Assembly (NCBI GenBank): GCA_963662315.1
Contig: OY759353.1
Span: forward strand, 2,048,001 to 2,112,000
From: Geopsychrobacteraceae bacterium
GTDB taxonomy: Bacteria; Desulfobacterota; Desulfuromonadia; Desulfuromonadales; Geopsychrobacteraceae
Reading direction: 5' to 3'
DNA: 64,000 bases
Shown: positions 42,259 to 52,397 of the stretch, piece after piece
How positions within the stretch are numbered: position 1 is the first letter of the stretch
How the letters are laid out: each line of letters opens with the position of its first letter
Position numbers and translations under genes: made by a program
The notes under the pieces: model-generated
Database searches by the model: none
What the model saw: the letters and a program-made list of their open reading frames with translations, nothing else
What the model was told of the DNA's origin: nothing

Positions 42259-43024
42259 TGATCTGATATTAAGCAATGTCACCAAACGCTTCGGCGGTCT
42301 GACCGCTGTCGACGATCTGTCCTTCACTGTGGAGCAGGGGCAGATCTACGGTATCATCGGTCCCAACGGAGCGGGAAAAACAACCGTCTTCAACTGTATC
42401 ACCGGTATCTATAAATCCGAGGAAGGATCCGTCAAATGGCGCGGTGAAGAGATCCGCGGCATGACCCCTTACCAGATAGTTGACCGCGGCATCGTCCGGA
42501 CCTTTCAGACCATCCGTCTGTTCGGGCAGATGTCGGTCGCGGAAAACATCATGAGTGGCCGCCACATTCGCAGTAAACAGAACTGGTGGCACGGCATTGT
42601 CCATACATCTGGATCACGCCGTGACGAACTTGAGAACTGGAAAAAAGTCGAGGAGCAACTTGAATTTTTCAACCTGGCTGAGTTTGCCGCGACACCGGCA
42701 GGCTCCCTCCCATACGGCATCCAGCGACGCGTTGAAATGGCCCGCGCCATGGCGGTTGATCCAACCTTGCTGATCCTTGACGAACCGGCTGCCGGCCTCA
42801 ACGACAGTGAAACCATGGTGTTGTTGGAAACCATCTTTAAGATCCGCGATAAAGGGGTCACGGTTCTGCTGATAGAGCACGATATGGATATGGTCATGGA
42901 AGTTACCGATTACCTGACTGTCATAAACTTCGGCAAAAAAATTGCTGATGGAACCCCGGCCGAAATTCAACAGAACCCGGCCGTCATTGAGGCATACCTG
43001 GGAAGTGAGGATGACGATGAGTAA
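42248..43024 (+). CDS. livG: ABC ATPase LivG
   Basis: FGGL, GPNGAGKT, LDEPAAGLN, IEHDM. Confidence 0.92.
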   Translation: MAHNDLILSNVTKRFGGLTAVDDLSFTVEQGQIYGIIGPNGAGKTTVFNCITGIYKSEEGSVKWRGEEIRGMTPYQIVDRGIVRTFQTIRLFGQMSVAENIMSGRHIRSKQNWWHGIVHTSGSRRDELENWKKVEEQLEFFNLAEFAATPAGSLPYGIQRRVEMARAMAVDPTLLILDEPAAGLNDSETMVLLETIFKIRDKGVTVLLIEHDMDMVMEVTDYLTVINFGKKIADGTPAEIQQNPAVIEAYLGSEDDDE

Positions 43025-43736
43025 CGACGTCCTGTTTGAAATCAAAGATCTGCATGTCTCCTATGGCAGCATTACCGCCATCAAGGGAATTTCCCTGGAA
43101 GTTCGCAAAGGCGAAATTGTCACGATCCTGGGAGCAAATGGTGCCGGAAAAACGACCACCATGCGTACCATCAGCCAGCTGCTGAAAGCCAAGTCCGGCT
43201 CCATTAAGTTCAAGGGGCAGGAATTGACCGAACTCCCGGCCCATAAAATCGTTAAGCTTGGCATCAGCCATTCTCCTGAAGGCCGCCGGGTCTTCGGGAT
43301 TCTTACCGTTGAAGAGAATCTGATGCTTGGGGCTTTTTCCCAGAGCAAGGTGAACAGGGAAACCCTCAAATGGGTTTACAAACTGTTCCCGCGTCTGGCA
43401 GAACGACGCAAACAGCTGGCTGGAACCCTCTCCGGTGGTGAGCAGCAGATGCTGGCCATTGGCCGTGCGCTGATGAGTGACCCGGAAATGCTGCTGCTTG
43501 ATGAGCCATCCCTTGGCATCGCACCGATTCTGGTCAAGGCAATTTTCGAGCAGATTAAAGAGATCGCCCGTCAGGGGGTTACTGTGCTGCTGGTTGAACA
43601 GAACGCTAAAGCAGCCCTGAAACTCGCCGATCGTGGCTATGTTCTTGATGTCGGTAAAATCGCCCTGGCAGGAACCTCCGCTGAATTATTGGCCTCCGAA
43701 AAGGTTCAGGAAGCTTACCTGGGGAAAAAGAGCTAA
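43017..43736 (+). CDS. livF: ABC ATPase LivF
   Basis: GANGAGKT, PEGRRVF, LSGGEQQM. Confidence 0.92.
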   Translation: MSNDVLFEIKDLHVSYGSITAIKGISLEVRKGEIVTILGANGAGKTTTMRTISQLLKAKSGSIKFKGQELTELPAHKIVKLGISHSPEGRRVFGILTVEENLMLGAFSQSKVNRETLKWVYKLFPRLAERRKQLAGTLSGGEQQMLAIGRALMSDPEMLLLDEPSLGIAPILVKAIFEQIKEIARQGVTVLLVEQNAKAALKLADRGYVLDVGKIALAGTSAELLASEKVQEAYLGKKS

Positions 43737-43756
43737 CACAGACAAGGAGTTGAGCG

Positions 43757-44566
43757 ATGAATTTAAAAGACATTCTTATCCACATTGATAATCGCCCGAC
43801 CTGCGCCACGCGACTGGACGTTGCTGTCGGCCTGGCCAAACAGCATGGTGCCAGACTGACCGGCATTTACGTGGTCCCTCGCCCTCACTATCTGGGCGAC
43901 ATGCGCGACCTGCATCGTCAGGAAGATCAGGCCTACGCGCAATACGAAGAGGCCACCAAAGCAGCAGGCATTGAAGCCGAATGGATCACCGTCGACAGTT
44001 ATCAAACCGGTCTGAATGTTCCCCAGGCGATCAACCTGTACAGTCATTACCGCGATCTATTGATCATCAGTCAGACCGATCCTTCGGATTCCGACCCGAC
44101 AATTCCCGACACGCTACCGGAAACAGCTGTACTTGGTTGTGGCCGCCCGGTTCTGATCATACCCTACGTCGGCAACTACTCCGCCAACTTTGACGTGATT
44201 CTTCAGGCTTGGCGCGGGGGCCCTGAATCTGCCAGATCCCTGCACGACGCCATGCCGCTGTTAAGAAAAGCGAGTCGTATTAATGTTATCACTGTACAGG
44301 GGAAGGATGGCGACGAAGTTTATCAGGCCCACCAGGCCGACATCTGTCACCATATGGCCCGCTATGACCTGCCTATTACATGTGAAAAGCGCGTCAGCGG
44401 AGATTTGAGCGTCGGTGATCTGCTGCTCAACCGCGCCGCAGATTCCGGTGCCAACCTGCTGGCTATGGGAGCCACGATGCAATCACGCCGCGGCATTCAA
44501 ACCTTGGGGGACACCGGACGGCACCTACTGAAACATATGACGTTACCGGTACTGATGTCCCACTGA
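43757..44566 (+). CDS. Universal stress protein (tandem USP)
   Basis: KDILIHID, GRPVLIIP, LLAMG, PVLMSH. Confidence 0.88.
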   Translation: MNLKDILIHIDNRPTCATRLDVAVGLAKQHGARLTGIYVVPRPHYLGDMRDLHRQEDQAYAQYEEATKAAGIEAEWITVDSYQTGLNVPQAINLYSHYRDLLIISQTDPSDSDPTIPDTLPETAVLGCGRPVLIIPYVGNYSANFDVILQAWRGGPESARSLHDAMPLLRKASRINVITVQGKDGDEVYQAHQADICHHMARYDLPITCEKRVSGDLSVGDLLLNRAADSGANLLAMGATMQSRRGIQTLGDTGRHLLKHMTLPVLMSH

Positions 44567-44602
44567 TCAGGCTATTACTCAGCGACAAAAGGCCTTACAG
44601 TT

Positions 44603-46324
44603 TTGAACAATGTTGATTTTTCAGCTTTACTGACTGGCTTGGGGAGTGGGGGGGTCGTTATCAGGGATGACGCCGTCATTCTCCACAGCTGGGGCAGTCT
44701 GGCAGAAGCTTACTGTCCTGAGCAACGGTGGCCACGTCGCTTTCCCAGGTTAAACAGTGCCCTGCAAGATGTTTTACACACGCAGGGCGCGCTCCTGTTC
44801 ACCGACCTAGACATACCTGACCAGATGGCCTGGATCCGGACAGTTCGATTACCGGAAAATCAATCCGCGACAGTAGCCCTGCTGATACCAAACCTGACCG
44901 TGCAGGCCCTGATCCGTGAAAGAGATGCCATTATCGATTGTTCTTCCGATGGAATTTTTGTTTGCGATGGAGACGCTACCATCCTGAGGGTCAACCCTGC
45001 TTCAGCCCGGATCAACAATGCTCCGGTAGATCGCCTGATTGGTCGGCCCTATCTGGAGGTCGCCGAAGAAGGACTGGTCATTCTCCCTTCAGCAGCACTA
45101 GAAGCCATCAAAACGCGAGCCCAGACCAGCCTGCTGCAGGTCAATCGTCTTGGACGCAAATTGATCTCTACCGCTACCCCGGTGTTCAACCCTGAAGGAG
45201 ATCTTTATCGCGTCGTGGTCAGTGAACGGGATATTACTGAGATAGACCGCCTACAACACGATCTTGAAGAGCAACAGGCCCTGGGCGATCAGTTTCGCCA
45301 TCAGGTTCTGGAACTGCAGCAAAAGCAGCTGGCCGATCTGCATATCATTGCAGAGAGCTCGCAGATGCTACAGACGATAAAACAGGCCTACAAGCTGAGT
45401 GAAGTCGACTCAACAGTGCTGATTCTCGGTGAATCCGGCGTTGGCAAAGGCCTGATTGCCGACCTCATCCACCAGAATTCACGACGCTCTGACTCCCCGA
45501 TTATAAAACTTAACTGCGGTGCCATTCCCGATTCACTCATCGAAGCCGAACTGTTCGGCTATGAGAAAGGCGCCTTTACCGGAGCGGTCAGCAACAAACC
45601 GGGGCTGCTGGAAATAGCCGATGGTGGTACTCTATTCCTCGATGAAATTGCTGAACTCCCCCAGGGGTCACAGGTCAAGCTGCTACGTTTCATGGAAGAT
45701 GGCATGATCACGCGATTAGGGAGTACCAAAAGTAAAAAGGTCAATGTGCGTATTCTCGCGGCAACCAATCGGGACCTTGACCAGATGATCAGTAACGGAC
45801 AGTTTCGCAGGGATCTCTACTATCGTCTCAGCGTTATTCCTGTGACCATCCCGCCCCTGCGCGAACGGCGGGAATGCCTGGTACCGATGATCACCGGCTT
45901 TATCAAGCGTTTTTCAAAACAGACCGGCAAGACCCGACGTTTAAGCCCTGCAGCACTTGACCTGATGACTGGCTACAGTTATCCAGGAAATGTCAGAGAA
46001 CTGATGAATATTTGTGAGCGCTTAGTCGTTATGGCGGATAATGATCTGATCGACGTCAATGAATTACCTCACAACGTAATCAGCAGCAGTGACAGCGAAC
46101 CGAGTGTTTTCTATACCGACTGGCCTGCGGAGATGACCCTTGAGCAGATCCTTGAAAGTGTCGAGCGACATGTCATTTTGACGACAGCCCAGCATTATCA
46201 TAAACAGCAGGATATTGCCCTGCAGCTGGGCATGAGCCAACCCACCGTTGCCCGCAAACTGAACAAATATGGAATCGCTCAGCATTACGGATGGCGGATC
46301 AGGCACTTACAGGATGAGGTCTGA
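44603..46324 (+). CDS. Second PAS-domain sigma54 activator
   Basis: PAS (SSDGIFVCDG), GESGVGK, GAFTGA, HTH; clear paralog of 33906-35675. Confidence 0.9.
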   Translation: MNNVDFSALLTGLGSGGVVIRDDAVILHSWGSLAEAYCPEQRWPRRFPRLNSALQDVLHTQGALLFTDLDIPDQMAWIRTVRLPENQSATVALLIPNLTVQALIRERDAIIDCSSDGIFVCDGDATILRVNPASARINNAPVDRLIGRPYLEVAEEGLVILPSAALEAIKTRAQTSLLQVNRLGRKLISTATPVFNPEGDLYRVVVSERDITEIDRLQHDLEEQQALGDQFRHQVLELQQKQLADLHIIAESSQMLQTIKQAYKLSEVDSTVLILGESGVGKGLIADLIHQNSRRSDSPIIKLNCGAIPDSLIEAELFGYEKGAFTGAVSNKPGLLEIADGGTLFLDEIAELPQGSQVKLLRFMEDGMITRLGSTKSKKVNVRILAATNRDLDQMISNGQFRRDLYYRLSVIPVTIPPLRERRECLVPMITGFIKRFSKQTGKTRRLSPAALDLMTGYSYPGNVRELMNICERLVVMADNDLIDVNELPHNVISSSDSEPSVFYTDWPAEMTLEQILESVERHVILTTAQHYHKQQDIALQLGMSQPTVARKLNKYGIAQHYGWRIRHLQDEV

Positions 46325-46327
46325 AAC

Positions 46328-46687
46328 ATGTCAGCGACACCAACACCCCTTTATCAAAAGATTTACGCGCTGACCCGTTCCATCCCCTGCGGATTTGTCA
46401 GCAGCTACGGGGCACTGGCCAGAAAGGTCGGGACCAGCGCAAGAACGGTAGGTTTTGCCATGGCCGCCCTGCAACCAGGCCACAACGTTCCCTGGCAGCG
46501 GGTTATCAACAGTAAGGGGGAGATCAGCCCACGCCGTGACGGCGACGGCAATCTTTTGCAACGCATCCTGCTGGAACAGGAAGGGATTGTTTTTGACCAT
46601 CTGGGGCGGGTCGACCTACGGCGCTACGGCTGGACATTTGCTGACGCCCCGTCAGCATCAGACACGTCACCAGGATCAGAGCCATAG
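46328..46687 (+). CDS. Alkyltransferase-like protein (ATL/YbaZ)
   Basis: SYG, ARTVG, PWQRV (Trp in place of the catalytic Cys), LEQEG. Confidence 0.88.
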   Translation: MSATPTPLYQKIYALTRSIPCGFVSSYGALARKVGTSARTVGFAMAALQPGHNVPWQRVINSKGEISPRRDGDGNLLQRILLEQEGIVFDHLGRVDLRRYGWTFADAPSASDTSPGSEP

Positions 46688-47831
46688 CAATCAGGCCACT
46701 GCCCAGCCATACAACTCCGGGCCACCCCCAGGTTGAGAAAAAGAAGCCGCCACCGGTTCCAGACACACTCGATCCAAGGTAATAAAACAGTAAATACAAT
46801 GATGATGCCTGAGCCCGCGCCTGCCCGGCCATGACTCCGACCCATGACGATGCCACGGCGTGGACGCCGAAAAAGCCCACCGTAATAACGACAATACCAA
46901 CAATTATAAGAGCCAGCTGACTGAAGGCCGTCAGCAATAGACCGCTCAGCATGATCCCCAGGCAGGAAAAGAGCAACGGCACCCGCCCATGGCGATCCAT
47001 GAGCTTACCCGCCACTCCGGAACTGAAACCACCCAAGGCATAGGCAAGGAAGATCAAGGCCACATGGGTCTGACTTAACCCATATTCAGGCCGCAACAGC
47101 CGAAACGTCACATAATTGTACAGGGTGACAAAACAACCCATGAACAAAAAGGCCAGGAAATACAGTTTCAGGAGCCCCGGATGACGTAGATGCCCAACCA
47201 GTGAAGCACTCAGACTGAACAAATTCGCCGAACGTTTCTCAAAGTTGCGTGACTTGGGTAACAGCACCACAAACAGCACCGCCAGCAGCAGACTTAATAG
47301 ACCGATAACGGCAATCGCGATTCGCCAGTTCCAGATATCGGCAAAAATCACCGTCAGAATACGCCCGGTCATACCACCAAATGCATTACCGGCAATATAC
47401 AGCCCCATGGCACTGCCAATGGCCCGCGGATCAATCTCATCATTGAGATATGCCATTGCTACAGCAGGCACTCCGGCAAGAATCGTCCCCTGGGCCAGAC
47501 GAATTGCCAGCAGCAGCGGATACGGCAGCGGAAAGGCGCTGACAACGGCCAGCAGTGCCGCAAGCACAACGGCAACAGCCATCATCCCACGCCGCCCCAG
47601 CACATCGGAAAGGGACCCGCTGATCGGCAGAGTTAAGGCCAGGGAAAAGGTGGCAAAAGATAAACTCAGGCTTGCCACAGTCGGCGATATGCCGAATTCT
47701 TCGACCAGATTTGGAAACAGGGGCTGAAACATGTAGATGGTGGAAAAGGTCACAAACCCGGCAAAAAACAGGGCCAGATTCGCCCGCCAATACTCTCTGC
47801 TCCCTTTCAGTATATGTGTTTCCCGCGTCAT
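46524..47831 (-). CDS. MFS transporter (YnfM-like)
   Basis: SDVLGRR, AMGLYIAG, YNYVTFRL, ASSLYLLFYYLGSS; tail overlaps the ATL gene. Confidence 0.88.
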   Translation of the reverse strand: MTRETHILKGSREYWRANLALFFAGFVTFSTIYMFQPLFPNLVEEFGISPTVASLSLSFATFSLALTLPISGSLSDVLGRRGMMAVAVVLAALLAVVSAFPLPYPLLLAIRLAQGTILAGVPAVAMAYLNDEIDPRAIGSAMGLYIAGNAFGGMTGRILTVIFADIWNWRIAIAVIGLLSLLLAVLFVVLLPKSRNFEKRSANLFSLSASLVGHLRHPGLLKLYFLAFLFMGCFVTLYNYVTFRLLRPEYGLSQTHVALIFLAYALGGFSSGVAGKLMDRHGRVPLLFSCLGIMLSGLLLTAFSQLALIIVGIVVITVGFFGVHAVASSWVGVMAGQARAQASSLYLLFYYLGSSVSGTGGGFFFSTWGWPGVVWLGSGLIAMALILVTCLMLTGRQQMSSRSAVGRPAPDGQKQSLPVPAGCVAKDCRRRHGVG

Positions 47832-47980
47832 ACTGCACCACCCTTTAGTGACTTCGTCACGAAATGAATTAAATGAGCTATTCACTGTAGCGCAGCGACA
47901 ATTATAATAAAAATATATTGTTATTATGAAAATCATAATAATATATTATGGCAAAGGTCAGAAACTCCCCATTGAAACGA

Positions 47981-48088
47981 TTCCCCTCTCCTTGGGGAGA
48001 GGGTGGCGCGTAGCGCCGAGTGAGGGGAAAGCCCACAACATCCCCCCCTCATCCGCCTCCGGCACCTTCTCCCTCAGGGAGAAGGGAA
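47981..48088. repeat. Palindromic intergenic repeat pair (REP/RIME/CIR-like)
   Basis: CCCCTCTCC-ttg-GGGAGAGGG...GTGAGGGG and the inverted CCCCTCATCCG...CCTTCTCCCTCAGGGAGAAGGG. Confidence 0.75.
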
Positions 48089-48120
48089 ACGTTCGCCAAC
48101 CTACCGACAGGAACAACGTA

Positions 48121-49023
48121 ATGGATTTACGCCAACTACAGGTTTTTGTTGAGATCGTCACGCAAGGGAACTTTACCAGAGCTGCGGAAAGACTGCACAT
48201 CGCCCAGCCAGCCGTCAGTATGACGATCCGTAAGCTGGAAGAAGAGCTCGACCTGGTATTGCTCAACCGTACAGAGAAGCAGGTCTCCCTGACGACTGAG
48301 GGGGAAACGCTGTTGAAACATGCCGAACGGATTCTTGATGATTTCAGCATCGCAGCCACCGAGATGGCTGAGTTAAAGGAACTCACCCGAGGTGAAGTAC
48401 GGATCGGCATCTCCCCAATGATGAGTGCCTATTACTTCCCCCACATCATTGGAGCATTTCGAGAACGATTTCCTGAATTGAGCCTGGTTGTCAACGGGGA
48501 AGGAGCGGGTCGAGTCCAGCGTATGATCGTCAAAGGGGAGCTGGATATGGGGGTTATCGCCAAACCTGAGCGGGTGGAGGGGATCGATTATCAGCATTTT
48601 CTGCGTGAGGAGATTGTGGCCTGCCTTCCGGCCAACCACCCTTGTGCCGGAAACAGCAACATCAGCATGCGCGAGTTTTTACACCACCCCCTGATTCTAT
48701 TCAAAGAGGGGTATTACATGCGTGAACTGATCGATGGTTTTCTCGTCGAAGAAAAGTTGCGGCCCAACATCGTCTTCGAGACCAACCTGTTTACCCTGGT
48801 GCGCACTCTGATCAAACAGCAGCTGGGCAGCTCCACCTTTCTGCGCATGGCCGTAACCGATGCACCGGATATGGCCGTACTCCCTTTTGACCCGCCACTC
48901 TATATCGACTTGTTTATCGCCTGGAAATCTCAGCGTTACCTTTCCCGCGCCAATCGGGCCTTTATCGAGGTTCTATTGGAGCAGGCTGAACACTCGCCGG
49001 AAAGAGGACGTGAGATCAGATAA
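48121..49023 (+). CDS. LysR-family regulator, divergent from the MFS gene
   Basis: MDLRQL...FTRAAERLHIAQPAVS..IRKLEEEL. Confidence 0.93.
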   Translation: MDLRQLQVFVEIVTQGNFTRAAERLHIAQPAVSMTIRKLEEELDLVLLNRTEKQVSLTTEGETLLKHAERILDDFSIAATEMAELKELTRGEVRIGISPMMSAYYFPHIIGAFRERFPELSLVVNGEGAGRVQRMIVKGELDMGVIAKPERVEGIDYQHFLREEIVACLPANHPCAGNSNISMREFLHHPLILFKEGYYMRELIDGFLVEEKLRPNIVFETNLFTLVRTLIKQQLGSSTFLRMAVTDAPDMAVLPFDPPLYIDLFIAWKSQRYLSRANRAFIEVLLEQAEHSPERGREIR

Positions 49024-50788
49024 AAATACATAACAGCCCGGCAGCGACAAGCAGTAATCTCTTCAGCGTTTTCCCCGGAGCAATGATACCGAAGGATATG
49101 GCACCAAGACCGACAGCAAGTTTCACAAATGCCAGTATAGCCAAGAACGGGGTGGTGAGCAGATGGATCAGGGCCGGATTAGCCACCATCCCCAGGGGAA
49201 TAAGGTAAAGGCCAATTCCCAGGGTCATGGCACAGAGGGCAATTTTAAGCCAGTTTTCACCAACCATGCCGGAGGCAATAAACACCGCCCCGCACACCGG
49301 CGGCGTAATGGTCGACAGTAAGGCAAACCAGAAAACGAACAGATGCGCAATCAGGATCGGTACGCCCAACTCCTGCAGCGCCGGACCAGCGACAGAAACA
49401 CAGATCACATACGCCGCCGTAGTCGGAACTTCCATCCCCAACACCATACAGGCAAGCCCGGTCAGCAATAAAGCCGGCCACAGGTTGTGCCCCGAACCGG
49501 AAAGAATCAGCGAGGTGATTTTCACGCCAAGACCGGTTTGCCCCAGAACACCAATCACAATACTGGCACACAGAATAATGGAGGCGATAGTCGAAATCTG
49601 TTTACCGCTGTTCAGGCCGACATCGCATAGGCGCTCCAGGGTTCGCCGCCAAGACAGTTTGAAATTGACATCGACAAACAGCAAAATAAAAGCAATCAGT
49701 ATCGCCACACTGGCTGCATATTGAGGGGTGTAGCCACCATTGAACATACGCTCCAAAAGGACCGCAAAAGGAACCAGAAAAAATAAGGCGGTAATGACCA
49801 CAGCCTGGCGGGATGGTAAATTCTCCGATTCCACACTTTTCAAATTATAGCGCCGCGCATAGGCGTTAATTCCAACCCAAACAGTCAAAAAATAGAGAAT
49901 GGCCGGTAGTAGAGCAGCACCCATGATCCCGTTGTAAGGCACACCTGTCAATTCAACCATAACGAAGGCACCAGCGCCCATCAACGGTGGCATAATCTGC
50001 CCACCGGAGGAGGCCACGGCTTCAACAGCGCCAGCCAACGCCTTGGGATACCCAAGACGAGTCATGGCAGGCAGGGTGATGGCACCGGTAGAAGCTACAT
50101 TGGCAGAAGCGGAACCGGATATGGACCCAAACAGGGCCGAGGACAATACAGATACCTTGGCCGCGCCCCCATTCAGGCGTCCGGCCACAGCGGTCGCAAG
50201 ATTCATGAACCCCTGCCCTGCTTCGCCGGCATTAAGCACCGCACCCATAATGACAAAGATGGCCACAATCTCAACCGAAACCCCGGTCAACTGTCCCCAC
50301 AGACCACCTTCAGCGATGGTTAGGGTCCCTAGAAAACTGCGTAACGGCAGACCGGGATAACCAAACTCACCGGGAATATAATGGCCAAACAGTCCATACA
50401 GCAAACTAATCAGCGCCACCGTCGGTAATGGCCAACTGATACTGCGGCGAGCCATTTCCAGCACGGCAACCAGCAGGATACCAGCCATAGCAACCTGCCC
50501 AGTGCTATACAGAGAACCATACTGATCAGCCAGCAGTTCCTCATTGAAAACAAGGAAGCCACAACAGCCGATAACGGTAACGGTCAAAACCCAGCCAATA
50601 ATGCGGGACGTTTTTGAGCGGGCGACAAACACCAGGGTCCAGGGGGCAGCCAGCGCCATATGGATCGGTCGGCTGATCAGGTGCGGGATCATACCGCTGA
50701 AAACAAGAAACAGATGGAAAACAATAGAAACGGCACCGAGGCCGAACCAGAGCCACAGCCTCGGTGCGTTGTGTTGCGAATCAGTCAT
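49016..50788 (-). CDS. TRAP transporter fused 4TM/12TM permease
   Basis: GSISGSASAN, ASSGGQIMPPLMGAGAF, LGMEVPTT, TPPV. Confidence 0.92.
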   Translation of the reverse strand: MTDSQHNAPRLWLWFGLGAVSIVFHLFLVFSGMIPHLISRPIHMALAAPWTLVFVARSKTSRIIGWVLTVTVIGCCGFLVFNEELLADQYGSLYSTGQVAMAGILLVAVLEMARRSISWPLPTVALISLLYGLFGHYIPGEFGYPGLPLRSFLGTLTIAEGGLWGQLTGVSVEIVAIFVIMGAVLNAGEAGQGFMNLATAVAGRLNGGAAKVSVLSSALFGSISGSASANVASTGAITLPAMTRLGYPKALAGAVEAVASSGGQIMPPLMGAGAFVMVELTGVPYNGIMGAALLPAILYFLTVWVGINAYARRYNLKSVESENLPSRQAVVITALFFLVPFAVLLERMFNGGYTPQYAASVAILIAFILLFVDVNFKLSWRRTLERLCDVGLNSGKQISTIASIILCASIVIGVLGQTGLGVKITSLILSGSGHNLWPALLLTGLACMVLGMEVPTTAAYVICVSVAGPALQELGVPILIAHLFVFWFALLSTITPPVCGAVFIASGMVGENWLKIALCAMTLGIGLYLIPLGMVANPALIHLLTTPFLAILAFVKLAVGLGAISFGIIAPGKTLKRLLLVAAGLLCIFI

Positions 50789-50861
50789 AGAAATAAATCA
50801 CAAAAAAGTAATTAAAATAATCTGGATATGCGCAGAATAAATCTTCCAGCGCTTCTGCAAA

Positions 50862-51818
50862 TCACAAAAGCTCAGCAGGGACTGAAATACCCTTCTCTTT
50901 ATAGTAGCGCAGCGCCCCCGGGTGCAGCTTGCCGTAAACATTAACCAACAGATCGGCATTCACCCCGCCCCACCAAGCGTTGGCCACCGCCATTTTTTCC
51001 TTCTGCTCCCAGAAGGCCTTGGTCAACTGGTAGGCAATGTCATCGCTCATGGCGGTAGTTGCATAAGCAATAACCGGCAAAGAGGTTGTCGTGACCGGGT
51101 AATCAACCCCAGAATAGGTACCGGCAGGAATCAGCAGGCGAGCCTGCTTGGTCAGGGCCAGTTGTTCATCGGTCAGGGACAGCAGGTTGATACCAGTACC
51201 GGCAGCCGCTTCAACAACATTCGGTGCCGGGTAGGAGCCCGACGTGGCAAAACCGTCTATCTGGCGATTTTTCATGGCCTGAACAGCACTCCCCAGTTCC
51301 ACATTGGCCAGGATGACTTTCCCTTCAAGGCCAAACAGTTTGAAATATTTTTCCGCCTCACGGGCACCGAACGACCCCTTGCCAATCAGCATTTTTTTCC
51401 CGTCGAGATCGGCAAAGGTTTTGATACCGCTGTCCGCACGCACGACAAAATGCATGGTCAGCCCCGGAATCGGAAACAGGGCACGGACTTCCTGATATTT
51501 GGCCGTATTATCATTGGCAAATTTACCTTCGGCAGCCTGTGCCTGCTTGACCAAAGCAGGAGGCGTCGTAAATACATAGTTTCCACTACGCACCTGCACT
51601 TCTTTGACATTCTGCAGCGACCCCTGACTTTCTTCAACGGTGACAATCACATCGCCATTGGTTCCGGCCTTGATCGCCTCGGCAATCTGAACCGCCATCT
51701 GATAGTAAGAGGAACTCGTCTTTGCAGATTTATAAGTCACCCTGGTTTCAGCATGAACCCACGCCACACTTAACAAGCAGACCAGCCCGACAGCAACGAC
51801 AACTTTGAACAATCTCAT
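50862..51818 (-). CDS. TAXI-family TRAP solute-binding protein
   Basis: Signal peptide, GSLQN, HFVVRADSGIKT, LHPGALRYY. Confidence 0.92.
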   Translation of the reverse strand: MRLFKVVVAVGLVCLLSVAWVHAETRVTYKSAKTSSSYYQMAVQIAEAIKAGTNGDVIVTVEESQGSLQNVKEVQVRSGNYVFTTPPALVKQAQAAEGKFANDNTAKYQEVRALFPIPGLTMHFVVRADSGIKTFADLDGKKMLIGKGSFGAREAEKYFKLFGLEGKVILANVELGSAVQAMKNRQIDGFATSGSYPAPNVVEAAAGTGINLLSLTDEQLALTKQARLLIPAGTYSGVDYPVTTTSLPVIAYATTAMSDDIAYQLTKAFWEQKEKMAVANAWWGGVNADLLVNVYGKLHPGALRYYKEKGISVPAELL

Positions 51819-51905
51819 CAGGACCTCCATTTCATTCTGGTTGATATTAGGACAATCAGGATTTTTGTTCCTACATACCGAAAATCAAGGCAACTTATTA
51901 AAAAC

Positions 51906-51920
51906 GCGCCAAAAGTGCCA
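51906..51920 (-). promoter_or_regulatory. Possible sigma54 promoter of TAXI-TRAP
   Basis: TGGCACTTTTGGCGC: GG and GC correctly spaced, but TT before GC is missing. Confidence 0.4.
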
Positions 51921-52397
51921 GCAAACAGGCTCCAACGATAGCCGTTATTCTTGCTTATTTCAAACAAAAATAGGACTAAAGCAGTCAGCAAAATGCTTTC
52001 TTTCGACTGCATTCGCTTATCTGTCAAACAATTCCGGATCAGACTATTAGAGGAGAACGAAAAACGTCTTGAAAGACTCAATAATAAAGGGCGATACCAT
52101 GGCTCTTTATTATTGAGGCTAGGGAGAGGAAAAGCCAGTCCGTGAAACTTACACCACTCAGTAAAATATCAGGGGATGCTGAATCTTTACCAGATCAATC
52201 AGGCCAAAAGAAGAAGCCCCGCCGGGCGCCGTCATGTTGACGGTCTGCTCCCAATTGAAGTCCAACCACATGGCTGGCTGGTAGTTTTCATTCTTTTTAG
52301 TCATCTCGCTATTAATCTCAGAACGAAAGGGATGAAAAGGTGAATCTTTTGCGTTAACGCTATTCTTTACTCTTGACGCCCGGGGGCCTGATAAGTA

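Noticed and set aside
47926..48120. N-terminal extension of LysR in the ORF track
   Set aside because: It is translated repeat sequence; the LysR HTH begins at MDLRQ (48121)
52050..52310. Short minus-strand ORF fragments beyond the array
   Set aside because: Under 50 aa each, with no recognisable motif or att boundary
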